Below, piece after piece: positions 10,307 through 21,118 of a stretch of DNA of 64,000 nt (position 1 is the first letter of the stretch; each line of letters begins with the position of its first letter). The translations under genes were made by a program, and so were the position numbers. The notes under the pieces were generated by a model. The model was not told the DNA's origin. It searched no databases and worked only from the letters and a program-made list of their open reading frames with translations. Origin of the DNA: an uncultured bacterium (GTDB lineage Bacteria; Chloroflexota; UBA5177; JANWHV01); the NCBI GenBank assembly GCA_963729625.1, contig CAVSOU010000008.1, positions 832,001-896,000 on the forward strand. The letters run 5' to 3'.

Positions 10307-10457
10307 CCCAGGGGCCAAATACGCGCATATTGGCGCAGCGTCGGCGCCGTGCCGGTTCTCGGACGCGCATGATGCGCGCGACCCGCGCAGGATGTCGCGG
10401 CGCGTGTTCGTGACCCGGCTCCGCGATCGTGGTGGATTCATGCAGTAGGGAGAAAGT

Positions 10458-11282
10458 ATGCCTCTCAGCCGGTCCCAGATTCGATGCGTCCTGACAATTG
10501 CCGGATCCGACAGTGGTGGGGGCGCTGGCCTGCAGGCCGATCTGAAGACCCTCCTCAGCCACCGCGTGCATGGAGCCGTGGCCGTGACGTGCATAACGGC
10601 GCAGAACACGATCGGTGTCAGCGCCATCGAACGGCTGTCGTCCGGCATCATTATCGCACAGATACGGGCCGTGCTGGACGATCTGGCTCCCGAGGCCGCC
10701 AAAACCGGCTTTGTGGCCGGTATTGAGGCAATCGGCGCGATCGAGATAGTCGCGGACGCCCTGCCTCCGTTGGTCGTGGATCCGGTGTGCGTCAACAAGC
10801 ATGGCGCCCAGATTCTGGATGACTCGGTCGTGGCTGCGATCAAGCGTGTGCTGCTCCCGCGCGCGATTCTTGTCACGCCGAATGTCGCCGAGGCCAGGGT
10901 GCTTACCGGGCTGGTGGTCAACGATGAGCGCGACATGGAGGCAGCTGCCGACGAATTACTGGCGCAGGGTGCGCACGCCGTACTGATCAAAGGCGGCCGT
11001 ATCGGCAGCGATCGAAGCCCCGATCTGCTCGCCATGGAGACGGGTACTCGCGAATGGCTCGACACGCAGCGTGTGGCCACTACCGCGGTCTTGGGCGCGG
11101 GCGATACACTCGCCGCGGCAATCGCCGCGCGCATCGCCTGGGGCGCTTCGCTGGTTGAAGCAGTTCGCCTGGGCAAGGCATACGTTACCGCGTGCCTGAG
11201 GGTAGCTCTTGAGATCGGCCGCGGGCAGGGACCGGTTGGGCATGTGCCCGCGAACGGCGAGCGCCGCGCGACATATTGCTAA
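10458..11282 (+). CDS. thiD: Hydroxymethylpyrimidine/phosphomethylpyrimidine kinase
   Basis: LTIAGSDSGGGAGLQADLK, TAQNT, VVDPV, TPNVAEA, GAGDTL, GRGQGPV. Confidence 0.95.
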   Translation: MPLSRSQIRCVLTIAGSDSGGGAGLQADLKTLLSHRVHGAVAVTCITAQNTIGVSAIERLSSGIIIAQIRAVLDDLAPEAAKTGFVAGIEAIGAIEIVADALPPLVVDPVCVNKHGAQILDDSVVAAIKRVLLPRAILVTPNVAEARVLTGLVVNDERDMEAAADELLAQGAHAVLIKGGRIGSDRSPDLLAMETGTREWLDTQRVATTAVLGAGDTLAAAIAARIAWGASLVEAVRLGKAYVTACLRVALEIGRGQGPVGHVPANGERRATYC

Positions 11283-11287
11283 CTTCG

Positions 11288-11317
11288 TTGACATCTCTCT
11301 GGTATGCCTGTTAGTAT
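11288..11317 (+). promoter_or_regulatory. sigma70-type promoter of lexA
   Basis: TTGACA (11288-11293), 18-nt spacer, TAGTAT (11312-11317). Confidence 0.75.
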
Positions 11318-11323
11318 GTGATT

Positions 11324-11335
11324 GAACATACGTTC
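11324..11335. promoter_or_regulatory. LexA operator (SOS box, GAAC-N4-GTTC)
   Basis: GAACatacGTTC just downstream of the -10, upstream of lexA. Confidence 0.88.
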
Positions 11336-11357
11336 TATAGCCCGTGGAGGATGGGCG

Positions 11358-12020
11358 ATGCCACGACATACAGGGGAAATCATGCGTCAGCGCATCGAGC
11401 AGGCGATCGCTGCGCTAACCGCGGAACATGGCAGGCCGCCGACCAATCGCGAGATTGGTGCTCACGTGGGCGGGGGTACGGCAAAGTCCACTGGGCATAT
11501 CGACTATCATCTCCGGCTCATGCGTGAGCAGGGGATAATCGGCCATGAACCGCGAAAGAGCCGAGGGATTACGCTGTTGCGGCACGCACCAGTAGCGGCG
11601 GCAACTCCGATTCCATTTCCGCTCACGCGCGTTCGCTTGGTCGGGCAGATCGCGGCAGGCACCGCGATCGAAGCATCGGAGATCCCCGATGACTACGTCG
11701 ATCTTGCCGACGGATTCTCAGGCGATCAAGATATCTTTGCTCTTCGTGTCAAAGGGACATCGATGATCGAGGACCACATCGACGACGGTGACATCGTGAT
11801 TGTGCGGCGGCAGCAGACGGCCAACAACGGCGATACCGTCGTCGCTCTTCTGACCGACGCGACGAACGAGCGAGGAGAGGCGACCCTCAAGCGGTTCTAC
11901 CGGGACATCGGCGGCAAGGTCCGATTGCAGCCGCGTAACCCTGACCTTGCGCCAATCGTCAAAGACGCGAAAGACGTCCAGATTCAGGGCAAAGTGATCG
12001 CGGTATACCGGCAGGTGTAG
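11358..12020 (+). CDS. lexA: SOS repressor LexA
   Basis: PPTNREIG wHTH, IAAG cleavage site, GTSM catalytic Ser, TLKR catalytic Lys; GGAGG RBS. Confidence 0.96.
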   Translation: MPRHTGEIMRQRIEQAIAALTAEHGRPPTNREIGAHVGGGTAKSTGHIDYHLRLMREQGIIGHEPRKSRGITLLRHAPVAAATPIPFPLTRVRLVGQIAAGTAIEASEIPDDYVDLADGFSGDQDIFALRVKGTSMIEDHIDDGDIVIVRRQQTANNGDTVVALLTDATNERGEATLKRFYRDIGGKVRLQPRNPDLAPIVKDAKDVQIQGKVIAVYRQV

Positions 12021-12025
12021 CGCGG

Positions 12026-12961
12026 CTATTCTGTCCGCTGGTCGACGAGGTAGACACTCGATGCGGTCTGTTTTGCCTGTTTCTTCAGCTGGGCAGCAAT
12101 ATCGCTGATCTCGTACTCCGTCTTGAGCACGCGCTGCCGGTTGGTTACGACGCCGATCGATACAGTCACGATGGGAAAATCCTGACGCACTCCCTGTCGA
12201 TCCATGGTTGTGACGTAGCCACTTGCGCGATCTTCAGGATCGTAGAGGGCCGGCACCTGCGAATCGAATTGACTGATTATTGCCCCGCAGACCTTGCGCA
12301 TTTCGTCGTCGCTGCCCCGCAGCATGCCGACGAAATCGTCTCCCCCGACATGGCCAACAAAAGCGCTCTCGTGAGCTGTCAACACCACGGTCTTCAAGAT
12401 TCCGGCGAGCAGCTTGATCAGATCGTTTCCTCGCACGAATCCATATGCGTCGTTGAACGACTTGAAGTTGTCGATGTCGATGTACAGGACATAGAGGTCG
12501 CGCCGCTCGTCCTGCAAGCTCTGCCGGAGAACACGCTCGATCTGCGTGTTTCCTGGCAGGCCCGTGAGCTCCGACAGGAGATGCTCCTCGGCGTGCCGTA
12601 GCTGTGTGCGCACCCGGGCCAACAGTTCCTGGATGGCAAAGGGCTTTCCGACGTAATCATCCGCGCCAAGAGCAAGGCCGGTCACCCGATGCTCGGTCTC
12701 ATCAAGCGCCGAGAGGAAGATTATCGGGATGGAGGCGGAGCGCGGTTGTTCTTTCAATGCACGCAATACGTCCCAGCCACGCATGTCTGGAAGCATCACG
12801 TCGAGAATGATCAAGTGCGGCTGTTCGCGAATAGCGTTCCGTATTCCTTCGGTGCCGTCGGATGCCAGAATCACACTGTAGCCGTCGAGGTCCAGAGCAG
12901 CCTGCACCAGTTCACGAATGTTCGGATCGTCGTCAATACAGAGTATCGTGCTAGTCTGCAT
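12026..12961 (-). CDS. Response regulator receiver + GGDEF dinucleotide cyclase
   Basis: REC ([20 protein letters not shown]) + [25 protein letters not shown]. Confidence 0.92.
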   Translation of the reverse strand: MQTSTILCIDDDPNIRELVQAALDLDGYSVILASDGTEGIRNAIREQPHLIILDVMLPDMRGWDVLRALKEQPRSASIPIIFLSALDETEHRVTGLALGADDYVGKPFAIQELLARVRTQLRHAEEHLLSELTGLPGNTQIERVLRQSLQDERRDLYVLYIDIDNFKSFNDAYGFVRGNDLIKLLAGILKTVVLTAHESAFVGHVGGDDFVGMLRGSDDEMRKVCGAIISQFDSQVPALYDPEDRASGYVTTMDRQGVRQDFPIVTVSIGVVTNRQRVLKTEYEISDIAAQLKKQAKQTASSVYLVDQRTE

Positions 12962-15548
12962 CGCTCGGATCGGACACACTGTCACCTTCTTGATCTGGGC
13001 CGTCTAGGCCTGATCCATCTTCCTCGGCAACGATCATCTCGCTATCTTGATCATCGTCCACATTGCCGTTTTCTGAAGGTGCAATAATGTTTCCCTGGGG
13101 AGACGCGTCTCCGTTGTCGTTTTGCTGCAGCATGCACGCCATCGAGACCACGGTGTCGCCCTCGTTCAGGCGCATCACTCTCACACCTTGCGTGTTCCTG
13201 CCGGTAGGGCGAATCGTGCTGACGGGCTGGCGGATCACCTGCCCACCGGCTGACATCAGGACCATTTCCATGTCGGATGACACTATTGCGGCCGCGACGA
13301 TGGAACCGACCTTGTCGACGTTCCTTATGGTGTACACGCCTTGCCCCTTGCGTCCCTGCTGGCGATATTCGTCGACGGGCGTGCGCTTGCCGATGCCGAG
13401 CTCCGTTACCACGAGCAAGTCGTGGTCGAGCCTCGCGAGACCCATAGCGACAAGTTTGTCTCCACCGCGCAGCTTGATACCTCGGACTCCGGCGGCGGTG
13501 CGGCCCATTGAGCGGACCTGTTCCTGGGCGAAGCGGATTGCGCGTCCGTCCGAGGTTACCAGCATGATGTCCTCATCACCCTGGCCGGCCTCGACCCACT
13601 CCAGATCGTCCTCCGGATCGACAGTTATCGCAGCGAGCCCGCTGCGACGGATATTCATGAAATTCTCCAGAGGCGTGCGCTTGATCACACCGCGTCGCGT
13701 GGCCAAAATCAGGAATCCCTCTCGCAAGCCGTCTTTAGCCTGGACGAGGACTGTGGCGACCCCTTCGCCCGGTTCGAGAGCAATGAGGTTATTAACCGGC
13801 ACGCCCCGGGCCTGCCGTCCGGTTGACGGCAGCTCGTACACCTTGAGCTGATAGGCGCGGCCGCGGGTGGTGAAGAAAAGCAGCGAATCGTGCGTATTGC
13901 AGGCGAGAAGCCGGCTGACCTCGTCCGCTTCGCGAGCAACCATCCCCACAATACCCTTGCCGCCGCGCCGCTGTGGGCGATAGGTGCTGGCGAGCATCCG
14001 CTTGGTGTAACCACGGGATGTCATGGTGACGATGACGTCCTCGGGAGCGACCAGGTCGTCGAGTGTCATCTCGCTGGCCTCTTCCTGAACGATGACGGTG
14101 CGGCGGGCGTCGCCGTATTTCTCTCGCAGATCGGTCAGCTCGGAGACGATGATGGAGTCGATGCGCGCGGCATCGGCCAGGATGGCGCGGTACTCCGCGA
14201 TCTTTGTCTCCACTTCCGCCAATTCGTCGCGAATCTTCTGCTGTTCGAGCGCCGCCAGACGACTGAGCTGGAGGGCGAGAATAGCCTTTGACTGCGCTTC
14301 GGTCAGGTCGAAGCGCTCCTGCAGCACGTGGCCGGCTTCCTCGCTGTTTCGCGCGGCGCGAATCGTAGCGATAACCGCGTCCAGCTGGTTGAGGGCCTTC
14401 GCCAACCCTTCGAGGATGTGAGCGCGGGCTTCGGCCTTTCGCAGATCGAACTCAGTGCGTCGCCGCACGACCTCGCGCCGATGCTTGACATAATAGCGGA
14501 GGGTCATCTCGAGCGGCAGGACGCGCGGCTGGTTGTCGACAAGGGCAAGCATATTGATGGAGATGCTGTCCTGTAACTGCGTGTGCTTGAACAACTGGTT
14601 CAGCACGTGCTGCGTATGCGCGTCGCGCTTGAGCTCGATCATCAGGCGCATACCCTGGCGGTCAGACTCGTCGCGAAGGTCCGCTATGCCCTCGATGTCG
14701 CGCTGCTGCACGAGCTCGGCGATGCGCTCCTGCAGCTTCGCCTTATTGACCTGGAAAGGAAGCTCGGTGACGATGATCGCCGTTCTTCCGGTGCGCGATT
14801 CCTCGAGATGGTGCTTGCAGCGCAGGACGATCCGCCCGCGCCCGGTGGCGTACGCGTTGGTGATCCCCTCCTGCCCAAGGATGATGCCGCCGGTCGGGAA
14901 ATCGGGGCCTTTGACGATTGCCGCAAGCTCGGCGACCGTTGCCGACGGATGCGCGATGAGGTAGATGATCCCATCGACCAGCTCGCGCAGATTGTGCGGC
15001 GGAATGTTGGTTGCCATGCCGACTGCGATGCCGTTTGTGCCGTTGAGCAGCAGCTGGGGAAGCCGCGCAGGAAGTACGGACGGCTCTTGCTCATTCCCGT
15101 CGTAGTTCGGGCCGAAATCGACCGTATCTCGATCGAGATCGACCAGCATCTCGTCGGCGATCGCCGCCATACGCGCTTCGGTGTAGCGCATTGCAGCCGG
15201 CGCGTCGCCGTCGACGGATCCGAAGTTACCTTGCCCGTCGATCAGCGGGTAGCGCATGCTGAAATCCTGCGCCAAGCGCACCATGCTGTCGTACACGGCA
15301 ACGTCGCCGTGTGGGTGGTACTTGCCAAGCACCTCGCCGACCACGGTGGCGCTTTTCCGATAGTGTGAGGTCGAGCGGAGGCCGAGCTGACTCATCGCGT
15401 ACAGAATGCGGCGGTGAACGGGTTTCAAGCCGTCGCGAACATCCGGCAAAGCGCGAGATACAATCACGCTCATCGCATAATCGAGGTACGCTTCGCGCAT
15501 CTCGGTTTCGATATGTACCTCGCGAACGGTACCAAAGTCCGCTACCAT
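12951..15548 (-). CDS. gyrA: DNA gyrase subunit A
   Basis: [29 protein letters not shown] catalytic Tyr, GyrA-box QRRGGKG, CTD repeats. Confidence 0.98.
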   Translation of the reverse strand: MVADFGTVREVHIETEMREAYLDYAMSVIVSRALPDVRDGLKPVHRRILYAMSQLGLRSTSHYRKSATVVGEVLGKYHPHGDVAVYDSMVRLAQDFSMRYPLIDGQGNFGSVDGDAPAAMRYTEARMAAIADEMLVDLDRDTVDFGPNYDGNEQEPSVLPARLPQLLLNGTNGIAVGMATNIPPHNLRELVDGIIYLIAHPSATVAELAAIVKGPDFPTGGIILGQEGITNAYATGRGRIVLRCKHHLEESRTGRTAIIVTELPFQVNKAKLQERIAELVQQRDIEGIADLRDESDRQGMRLMIELKRDAHTQHVLNQLFKHTQLQDSISINMLALVDNQPRVLPLEMTLRYYVKHRREVVRRRTEFDLRKAEARAHILEGLAKALNQLDAVIATIRAARNSEEAGHVLQERFDLTEAQSKAILALQLSRLAALEQQKIRDELAEVETKIAEYRAILADAARIDSIIVSELTDLREKYGDARRTVIVQEEASEMTLDDLVAPEDVIVTMTSRGYTKRMLASTYRPQRRGGKGIVGMVAREADEVSRLLACNTHDSLLFFTTRGRAYQLKVYELPSTGRQARGVPVNNLIALEPGEGVATVLVQAKDGLREGFLILATRRGVIKRTPLENFMNIRRSGLAAITVDPEDDLEWVEAGQGDEDIMLVTSDGRAIRFAQEQVRSMGRTAAGVRGIKLRGGDKLVAMGLARLDHDLLVVTELGIGKRTPVDEYRQQGRKGQGVYTIRNVDKVGSIVAAAIVSSDMEMVLMSAGGQVIRQPVSTIRPTGRNTQGVRVMRLNEGDTVVSMACMLQQNDNGDASPQGNIIAPSENGNVDDDQDSEMIVAEEDGSGLDGPDQEGDSVSDPSDAD

Positions 15549-15915
15549 AGAGAGGGGCCTTTCGTGAAATGCCGCGGCATATCGGAGACGCGGCTAGGTG
15601 GAAGCATGTGCATAATCAACGTGCAAGGGCGACAGCGAACCTGAGGTAAATGGTGCAGCAATCCGCCCTTTTGAGGGGTATTGTGTCCAATTCTTGCTCA
15701 CTGTAAGTATACTTCGTGCCCCTGATGAGGGCAATGCGACGACCCCAGCCCGCAGTCTCGCAGCGGCACATCCGACGCGCAAGTCGTTGTTTTCGTATCG
15801 AGAGAAATGTTCCGTTTCGCTCAACAGAAATGCCCAGGCAAAGTTCTGTGCGACCTCGACTTGAGCTCGACTGCGCGCGAGCACTGCCAGACTAGCAGAT
15901 ATTGGATTGTATCTC

Positions 15916-16317
15916 ATGAGCGACGCGCCAAATCAGTGTCCCTCGTGCCATGGGGACCTCTTGATCACCCGATTCACGTGTCCATCTTGCGAGACCGAGG
16001 TGACCGGCTCCTTCAGCCTGGGCAGGCTCGCGCGATTGGGGGAGCCTCAAGCCTCGCTGCTGGAGCTGTTCCTTCGTGTTAGGGGAAACGTGAAGGACAT
16101 GGAGCGTCTTCTCGGGCTCTCGTATCCAACGGTTCGTGCCCGGCTGGAGGAGGCTCTTGCCGCAGCCGGGCTCGATCGTGAACCGGCGCCCGCGCTTACT
16201 GAATCGGAACTGCGACAGCGCCGCGATCTGGTGCTTGATCAGCTCGAACGCGGCGAGATCGCGGCTTCTGACGCCACGACCAAGCTTCGCGATCTTCAGG
16301 GCATGCGCGGGGTATAG
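15916..16317 (+). CDS. DUF2089 family Zn-ribbon/HTH protein
   Basis: CPSC...CPSC, RGNVKDMERLLGLSYPTVRARL, LDQLERGEI. Confidence 0.9.
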   Translation: MSDAPNQCPSCHGDLLITRFTCPSCETEVTGSFSLGRLARLGEPQASLLELFLRVRGNVKDMERLLGLSYPTVRARLEEALAAAGLDREPAPALTESELRQRRDLVLDQLERGEIAASDATTKLRDLQGMRGV

Positions 16318-16329
16318 GCGGCGAGCACC

Positions 16330-16462
16330 GCCGCCCTCGTCGCACAGGAGTTATCGGCGCTCAAGGCTCCCACTGGGGTTGGCGCGCTCGTAACAGTACT
16401 GGCAAGCGTGGTGGTCGGCGTCGCGCCGACGGTGCTGGCTGGGGTCCGTTGTGTTTGCGCTA
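16330..16462 (-). pseudogene. Frameshifted remnant of a linker plus the start of a second C-terminal module of the 16460-21118 gene
   Basis: -1 frame past the stop reads TPASTVGATPTTTLASTVTSAPTPVGALSADNS, matching paralogue linker/module start PTPSGTLFADNF. Confidence 0.55.
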
Positions 16463-19400
16463 CCCGCCGGTCACGGCCACGCTGTCGTATTCAACGGCGG
16501 TCAACGTGTGGAAGCCGACCATACCGCTTGTCAGACTCACGTCCTTGATGGTCTTGAGCACCGTGCTGTTGATCGATGCCGTGATCGTGGAGCCGCTGAA
16601 GGTAAGCCCGAGCGTATACCAGGCGCCGGTCACCGGGGTGAACGAGCCGGAGCCAATCTGTGAAAACGCGCCGGCCACCCGCTTTGCCAGCTGCCACTTC
16701 GTGCCGTCCCGGAGCAGCAACATGTACGTGTCATTGAAGTCGTGCCAGCGACCAAGAATGCCGAACGCAGCGGTGCCGCCGGGCGCTTTGACGGCGATGG
16801 ACACCATGTAGTTCGTCCATGCGGGACTTCCGGCCGTAAGTTCTGCCGCGGGAGACACGGTGCGCGTCTCCGCCGCCACATGTGATTGATCCTGCGTGAC
16901 GGTCCATGTGCCGCCGGTGGCGGCCCAGTTGGCCGGTGCGGCGCCGAGTTGATCGGCTTCAAAGTCGTCCGAGAACAAGGTGCCGCCGGTTATTGGGGTA
17001 TAGGTCGCGGTCGGCGTGGCAGGCGCGACCGTCGGAGTAGGTGTGCCGGTACGCTCGGGAGACGCCGACAGCGTCGGCGAGTTGGTGGCGCTCGGCACTG
17101 CCGTGAACGTCGCGGAAGCGGTCGCGGTGCTCGTAGTGCTCGGCGCAGCCGTGAGTGTGGCAGAAGTGGTCGCAGTGCTTGTGGCGCTTGACACTGCCGT
17201 GAAAGTGGCGGAAACCGTGGCGGTAGCGGCAGGCGTCCCGGTGGGGGAAGCTGTCGTCGTGCTCGTAGCGGTCGAGGTCATAGTCGCCGTTGGCGTCGTG
17301 CTAGCGGTGCCCGTCGCCGAAGCGCTGGGCGTCGCCGTCACCGTGCCGGTATTTGGCAGCACGCTCACCGCAGTGAAATTGACGGTGCTCGATCCGATCA
17401 AGTTATGGGCCGTTACCGCGAGGCCCGCGAGCACGGGGCCGGCAAGACCGGTCAGGGGCACGGTCGAGCCTGGAACAAGGGTCCAGGCGACTCCGTCCTG
17501 CGACGTGAAGGCGCTGAAGGTCGTGCCCGAGCGGCTGACCTGCAAATACGCCGGTGCGCTGCCGGAAACGGTCGCCAGCGCGAGCGCCTTCACGCCCTGA
17601 GGCGAGCGGTATTGGACGTTAATGCCATTGCTGGGAGTGACCAGCAGGTCATAGAATGCGGCGCCCGGTCCAGTCCCTCCTCGCAGCATCACACCAGCCT
17701 TGGCCCACGGATCGCTGTTCGTCTGGCTCACCACCTGAGCCTGGACATTGCCGTCCGCGCTCAGGCTCTGATAGTCGAAGCGTAGCTGGTCGCCGGTTCC
17801 CCAGATATCGCCGCCCCCGCCCGTCACCGTCCAGTTGCCATTCGCGACGGCGTCGCTGCCCGGCACGGTCGGATTGCCGATGTCGGCGCAAGCCCAGCCG
17901 GCCGGGCAGCCTCCCGGCGCAGTCCCCGTCGGCGTCACGGTAGACGTCTGCGTGGGAGTCGGCGTTGCAGTCGTGACCGTGGTGCTGGTCGACACGCTCA
18001 CTGCATGGAACACGACAGTGCTTGAGCTGCTCGTATTGTGCCCCGTCACTGCGAGACCGGCCAGCAGGGTGCCGGACATGTCCGGCAGGCTAAGCGCAGA
18101 GCCCGCGACTGCCGTCCACGTTGCACCGTCGGCCGACGTGTAGGCATTGAAGGTCGTGCCCGTGCGGGCGATCATCAGGCAGGTAGGCGCCACTCCGCTG
18201 ATCAGGGACTGCTGGACGGCGCTTCCGCTGGTGAAGCCTCGGTACTGCACGGTGATGCCGTTGCCGGGCGTGACGACTGCATCGTAGTACGCCGCGAAGG
18301 CTTGCGGGCCACTTCGCAGCATCAGTCCGGCCTTCGCCCACGGGCTACTGTTCGACTGCGAGGTGACGCAAGCGCTGATGCCGCCGTCGCCGCCGAGCGA
18401 CTGCCAATCGAAGTGGAACTGGTCTCCAGTGCCCCAGATGTCGCCCCCGCCTCCCTGAACCGTCCAGGATCCCGTGGCCTGAGCGTCACTGCCTTGCACC
18501 GTCGGCCCGCCAATGTCGGCGCAGGACCAGCCCGAGGGGCAGAGTAGCGGCGCGGTGGCATTGATCGATACGGTGTCGAATTGGGCGCTGCCGACAACAC
18601 CGGCGTTGTGCGACGAGACCGCAAGGCCGACCAACAGCGTGCCGAGAAGGTTAGTCATGACCTCGCTCGTGCCGAGAGACGTCCAGGTGATACCGTCTGA
18701 TGATGTGTAGGACGTGAAGGCCGAGCCAATACGCGAGACTTTCAGATACACCGGCGCCGCGCCGGCTACCCTGGCAAGGCCCAGGGTATTGAAGGACGCT
18801 GCCGCACGGTACTCCGTGGTGATACCGTTAGCGGGCGTGGCGAGAAGAGCGTAGGACGGGGCATTCGCCGCGGTGTTCTGCCGGAACATGATGCCGGCCT
18901 CGGCGTTACCGTTGGTCTTTGTCTGATTACTGACGCGCGCGGTAATCGTGCCGTCGCCCGTCAAGCTCTGCCAGACGTAATGGAATTGGTCGGACTGGTT
19001 CGCGATGAGGTTGCCAGCGCCTTGAACCGTCCAGGTTCCGCCACTGAGCGACTGTCCACCGGTAAGTGAAGGATTCCCGACATCGCCGCAGGACCAGCCG
19101 CTCGGGCACGAACCCGTGGGAGCTGCCACGGGTGCCATGGCCGGGGTGCCTACTGTGACCTGGCTGAGTTGCGCCGTGCCGGCGGTGCCGTTGGCACCCG
19201 AGGCGGCAGCCAAACCGGCGAGAATAGAGGCCGGCATGGCGATGGCCACGGTGGTGCCGGGAATCAGCGTATACGTGATACCGTCTGTCGAGGCGGACGC
19301 CTGGAATTGGTCGCCGACCCGCTGCACGGCTATGTACGAGGGAATCGACACCGTGACCGAGCGCACAACCGCTACTACCGCGGGTGTAACGCGGTAGGCA

Positions 19401-21118
19401 ACCGCCAACGACCCCGAACCGGTCAAGTACGCGGCGTAGAACGGCGAAACGGGATCGCCGGTTTGCCGGATGATCAATCCCTCCTGTGCGTGAGTCGAGC
19501 CGGAAGGTAGGGTGCCGGCGAGGGCGGTCAGCTGCACGTCACCGCCCATCGGTTGAGTCAACAGACGGAGCGAATCTCCGGCTCCGCCGAGCCCGGCACC
19601 GCCGGAGCTGATGGTCCAGGAGCCCGACGAAACCACCTCCGATCCGGCTGGAGATGGCGTGCCGACGTCCTGGCATGTCCATCCACTGGGGCACGAAGGA
19701 TCGGGGGGCGGTCCGGAGGCGCTCGAGGTAGGGAGGCCGAATGCATAAACATTTCCGTCCGTGCCGCCGAAAATGATCTGCCCGTTCGCTACAGCAGGCG
19801 CGCCGTACAGTGGCGCGGCCGTGGTGTAGCTGAACAGCCTTGTGCCGCTTGAGGCATCGAGGACTTCCAGCGTCGATCCCTCCCCGTCGACGATGAAACC
19901 GTTAGCGTAGGCGATGGCAGGAATAACAGGAGAAGCATTTGGATGCTGCCATTCAACTGCACCGTTTCGCGGGTTGATAGCGCTCACAGACCCGCCAAAA
20001 CCCTGGCCCCCGATCACTGCGTTGCCCGTGGCCTGGTAGATGGCGCCATTGGCGAAAGCCGCATTAGAGACTGTCCCGTCGCCGGCAGCCGGGTTTGCTC
20101 CGCCCGGATCGAGCCGCACCTGCCAGGCGGGTCCGGCCGCCAGGTTGATGGCGGTCGTCGAGCTTGCAGGCTCGCCGAAGGCGTAGAGTACGCCGTTCTT
20201 GTTCATGGCAATAACGAGCCGGTTTCCCGCACCGTCGGTGACAATCGTGGGCCCCGTGCCGAAATCGGCGTCGCTCAGCGACTGATTCTCAGGAATCTGC
20301 CAGTACGACTCTATGGAAAGATCGGACGCGGAGAGCGCAACCACGGCCTGCGACATAGTCTGATCCGCGGAAGCCTTTGTGCCAGTTGAGACGTAGACTG
20401 TACCGGTCGCGGCGTCGTATGCAGGGGAGGTCCAGACGCCTCCACCGACTTCGCCGCTGGGAACGAAGGTGGCTGTCGCCACGATGGCGTGCTGGGTGAG
20501 GTCGACCTTCAGGAGCTGCCCCTGGACGAGCGGGCAATCACCGAAGCTCGCAGTGCCCACGTACGCGAAGTTGCCCACGATCAAAGGGCTCGCCCAGTTG
20601 TAGTGGCCACCTGTCGCGCTCCCATCGCCGGTGTTGACCGTCCAGAGAATGGCGCCCGTGCCGGCGTCGAGAGCGTAGAAATAGGTGTTGGTTCCGTGCT
20701 GATAGTCCCCGCCTCCGACGTACGCTACGCCGTTCACGACTGCGGCTCCGGAACTGACGCCGGCGGAAGGCGGATTGCAGGCATACGGGCCCGTGATTCC
20801 CAGAAACGTCTTCCACTTCAGGGCGCCGGTAGCGGCGTCCAGCGCGTATTCGTAGCCGTCCCAGGACCCGATATACACTGTGCCGGCCACGACGGCCGGT
20901 TCGGCGGCAATAATGCCGCCCGTCTTGAATGTCCAGCTCTTGACCAACGTGTCAGCGTTGTTCGTCGACAACGTGCTCTCGTCTACGCTGGCGGCGCTTC
21001 GACCGGCGTCGTGAAGGTACGTTGGCCAGTCGCCGGCGGTGGTTAGGAGAGACACAACCAGGAGCACCACCACTGCGCGGGCACGCGCCAACGAGACAGC
21101 AACACCTGGACGCCTCAT
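16460..21118 (-). CDS. Large secreted protein: PQQ-type beta-propeller + 4 ConA/DUF1349-like repeats + Thr/Pro linker + C-terminal lectin-like module
   Basis: Signal peptide after GGAGG RBS; DWPTYLHD, YALDAATG..KW repeats; four CPxGWxCxDxG-initiated repeats; TLFSDDFE module. Confidence 0.88.
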   Translation of the reverse strand: MRRPGVAVSLARARAVVVLLVVSLLTTAGDWPTYLHDAGRSAASVDESTLSTNNADTLVKSWTFKTGGIIAAEPAVVAGTVYIGSWDGYEYALDAATGALKWKTFLGITGPYACNPPSAGVSSGAAVVNGVAYVGGGDYQHGTNTYFYALDAGTGAILWTVNTGDGSATGGHYNWASPLIVGNFAYVGTASFGDCPLVQGQLLKVDLTQHAIVATATFVPSGEVGGGVWTSPAYDAATGTVYVSTGTKASADQTMSQAVVALSASDLSIESYWQIPENQSLSDADFGTGPTIVTDGAGNRLVIAMNKNGVLYAFGEPASSTTAINLAAGPAWQVRLDPGGANPAAGDGTVSNAAFANGAIYQATGNAVIGGQGFGGSVSAINPRNGAVEWQHPNASPVIPAIAYANGFIVDGEGSTLEVLDASSGTRLFSYTTAAPLYGAPAVANGQIIFGGTDGNVYAFGLPTSSASGPPPDPSCPSGWTCQDVGTPSPAGSEVVSSGSWTISSGGAGLGGAGDSLRLLTQPMGGDVQLTALAGTLPSGSTHAQEGLIIRQTGDPVSPFYAAYLTGSGSLAVAYRVTPAVVAVVRSVTVSIPSYIAVQRVGDQFQASASTDGITYTLIPGTTVAIAMPASILAGLAAASGANGTAGTAQLSQVTVGTPAMAPVAAPTGSCPSGWSCGDVGNPSLTGGQSLSGGTWTVQGAGNLIANQSDQFHYVWQSLTGDGTITARVSNQTKTNGNAEAGIMFRQNTAANAPSYALLATPANGITTEYRAAASFNTLGLARVAGAAPVYLKVSRIGSAFTSYTSSDGITWTSLGTSEVMTNLLGTLLVGLAVSSHNAGVVGSAQFDTVSINATAPLLCPSGWSCADIGGPTVQGSDAQATGSWTVQGGGGDIWGTGDQFHFDWQSLGGDGGISACVTSQSNSSPWAKAGLMLRSGPQAFAAYYDAVVTPGNGITVQYRGFTSGSAVQQSLISGVAPTCLMIARTGTTFNAYTSADGATWTAVAGSALSLPDMSGTLLAGLAVTGHNTSSSSTVVFHAVSVSTSTTVTTATPTPTQTSTVTPTGTAPGGCPAGWACADIGNPTVPGSDAVANGNWTVTGGGGDIWGTGDQLRFDYQSLSADGNVQAQVVSQTNSDPWAKAGVMLRGGTGPGAAFYDLLVTPSNGINVQYRSPQGVKALALATVSGSAPAYLQVSRSGTTFSAFTSQDGVAWTLVPGSTVPLTGLAGPVLAGLAVTAHNLIGSSTVNFTAVSVLPNTGTVTATPSASATGTASTTPTATMTSTATSTTTASPTGTPAATATVSATFTAVSSATSTATTSATLTAAPSTTSTATASATFTAVPSATNSPTLSASPERTGTPTPTVAPATPTATYTPITGGTLFSDDFEADQLGAAPANWAATGGTWTVTQDQSHVAAETRTVSPAAELTAGSPAWTNYMVSIAVKAPGGTAAFGILGRWHDFNDTYMLLLRDGTKWQLAKRVAGAFSQIGSGSFTPVTGAWYTLGLTFSGSTITASINSTVLKTIKDVSLTSGMVGFHTLTAVEYDSVAVTGG
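17360..19695 (-). repeat. Four tandem ~185-aa intragenic domain repeats
   Basis: Each begins CP(S/A)GWxCxD(V/I)G and contains (A/E)G(L/I/V)(M/I)xR, (T/A/Q)DG(I/A/V)(T/A)(W/Y)T and GLA motifs; boundaries approximate. Confidence 0.85.

Noticed and set aside
10274-10457. Expected TPP riboswitch upstream of thiD, or an SOS box for the dynamin operon
   Set aside because: No CTGAGA/ACCTG TPP core and no GAAC-N4-GTTC found
9351-11176. Long N-terminal extensions of the ORF-track calls 7707..9641 and 9347..11176
   Set aside because: They overlap the M48 gene and antisense thiD; RBS and coupling support starts at 9350 and 10273
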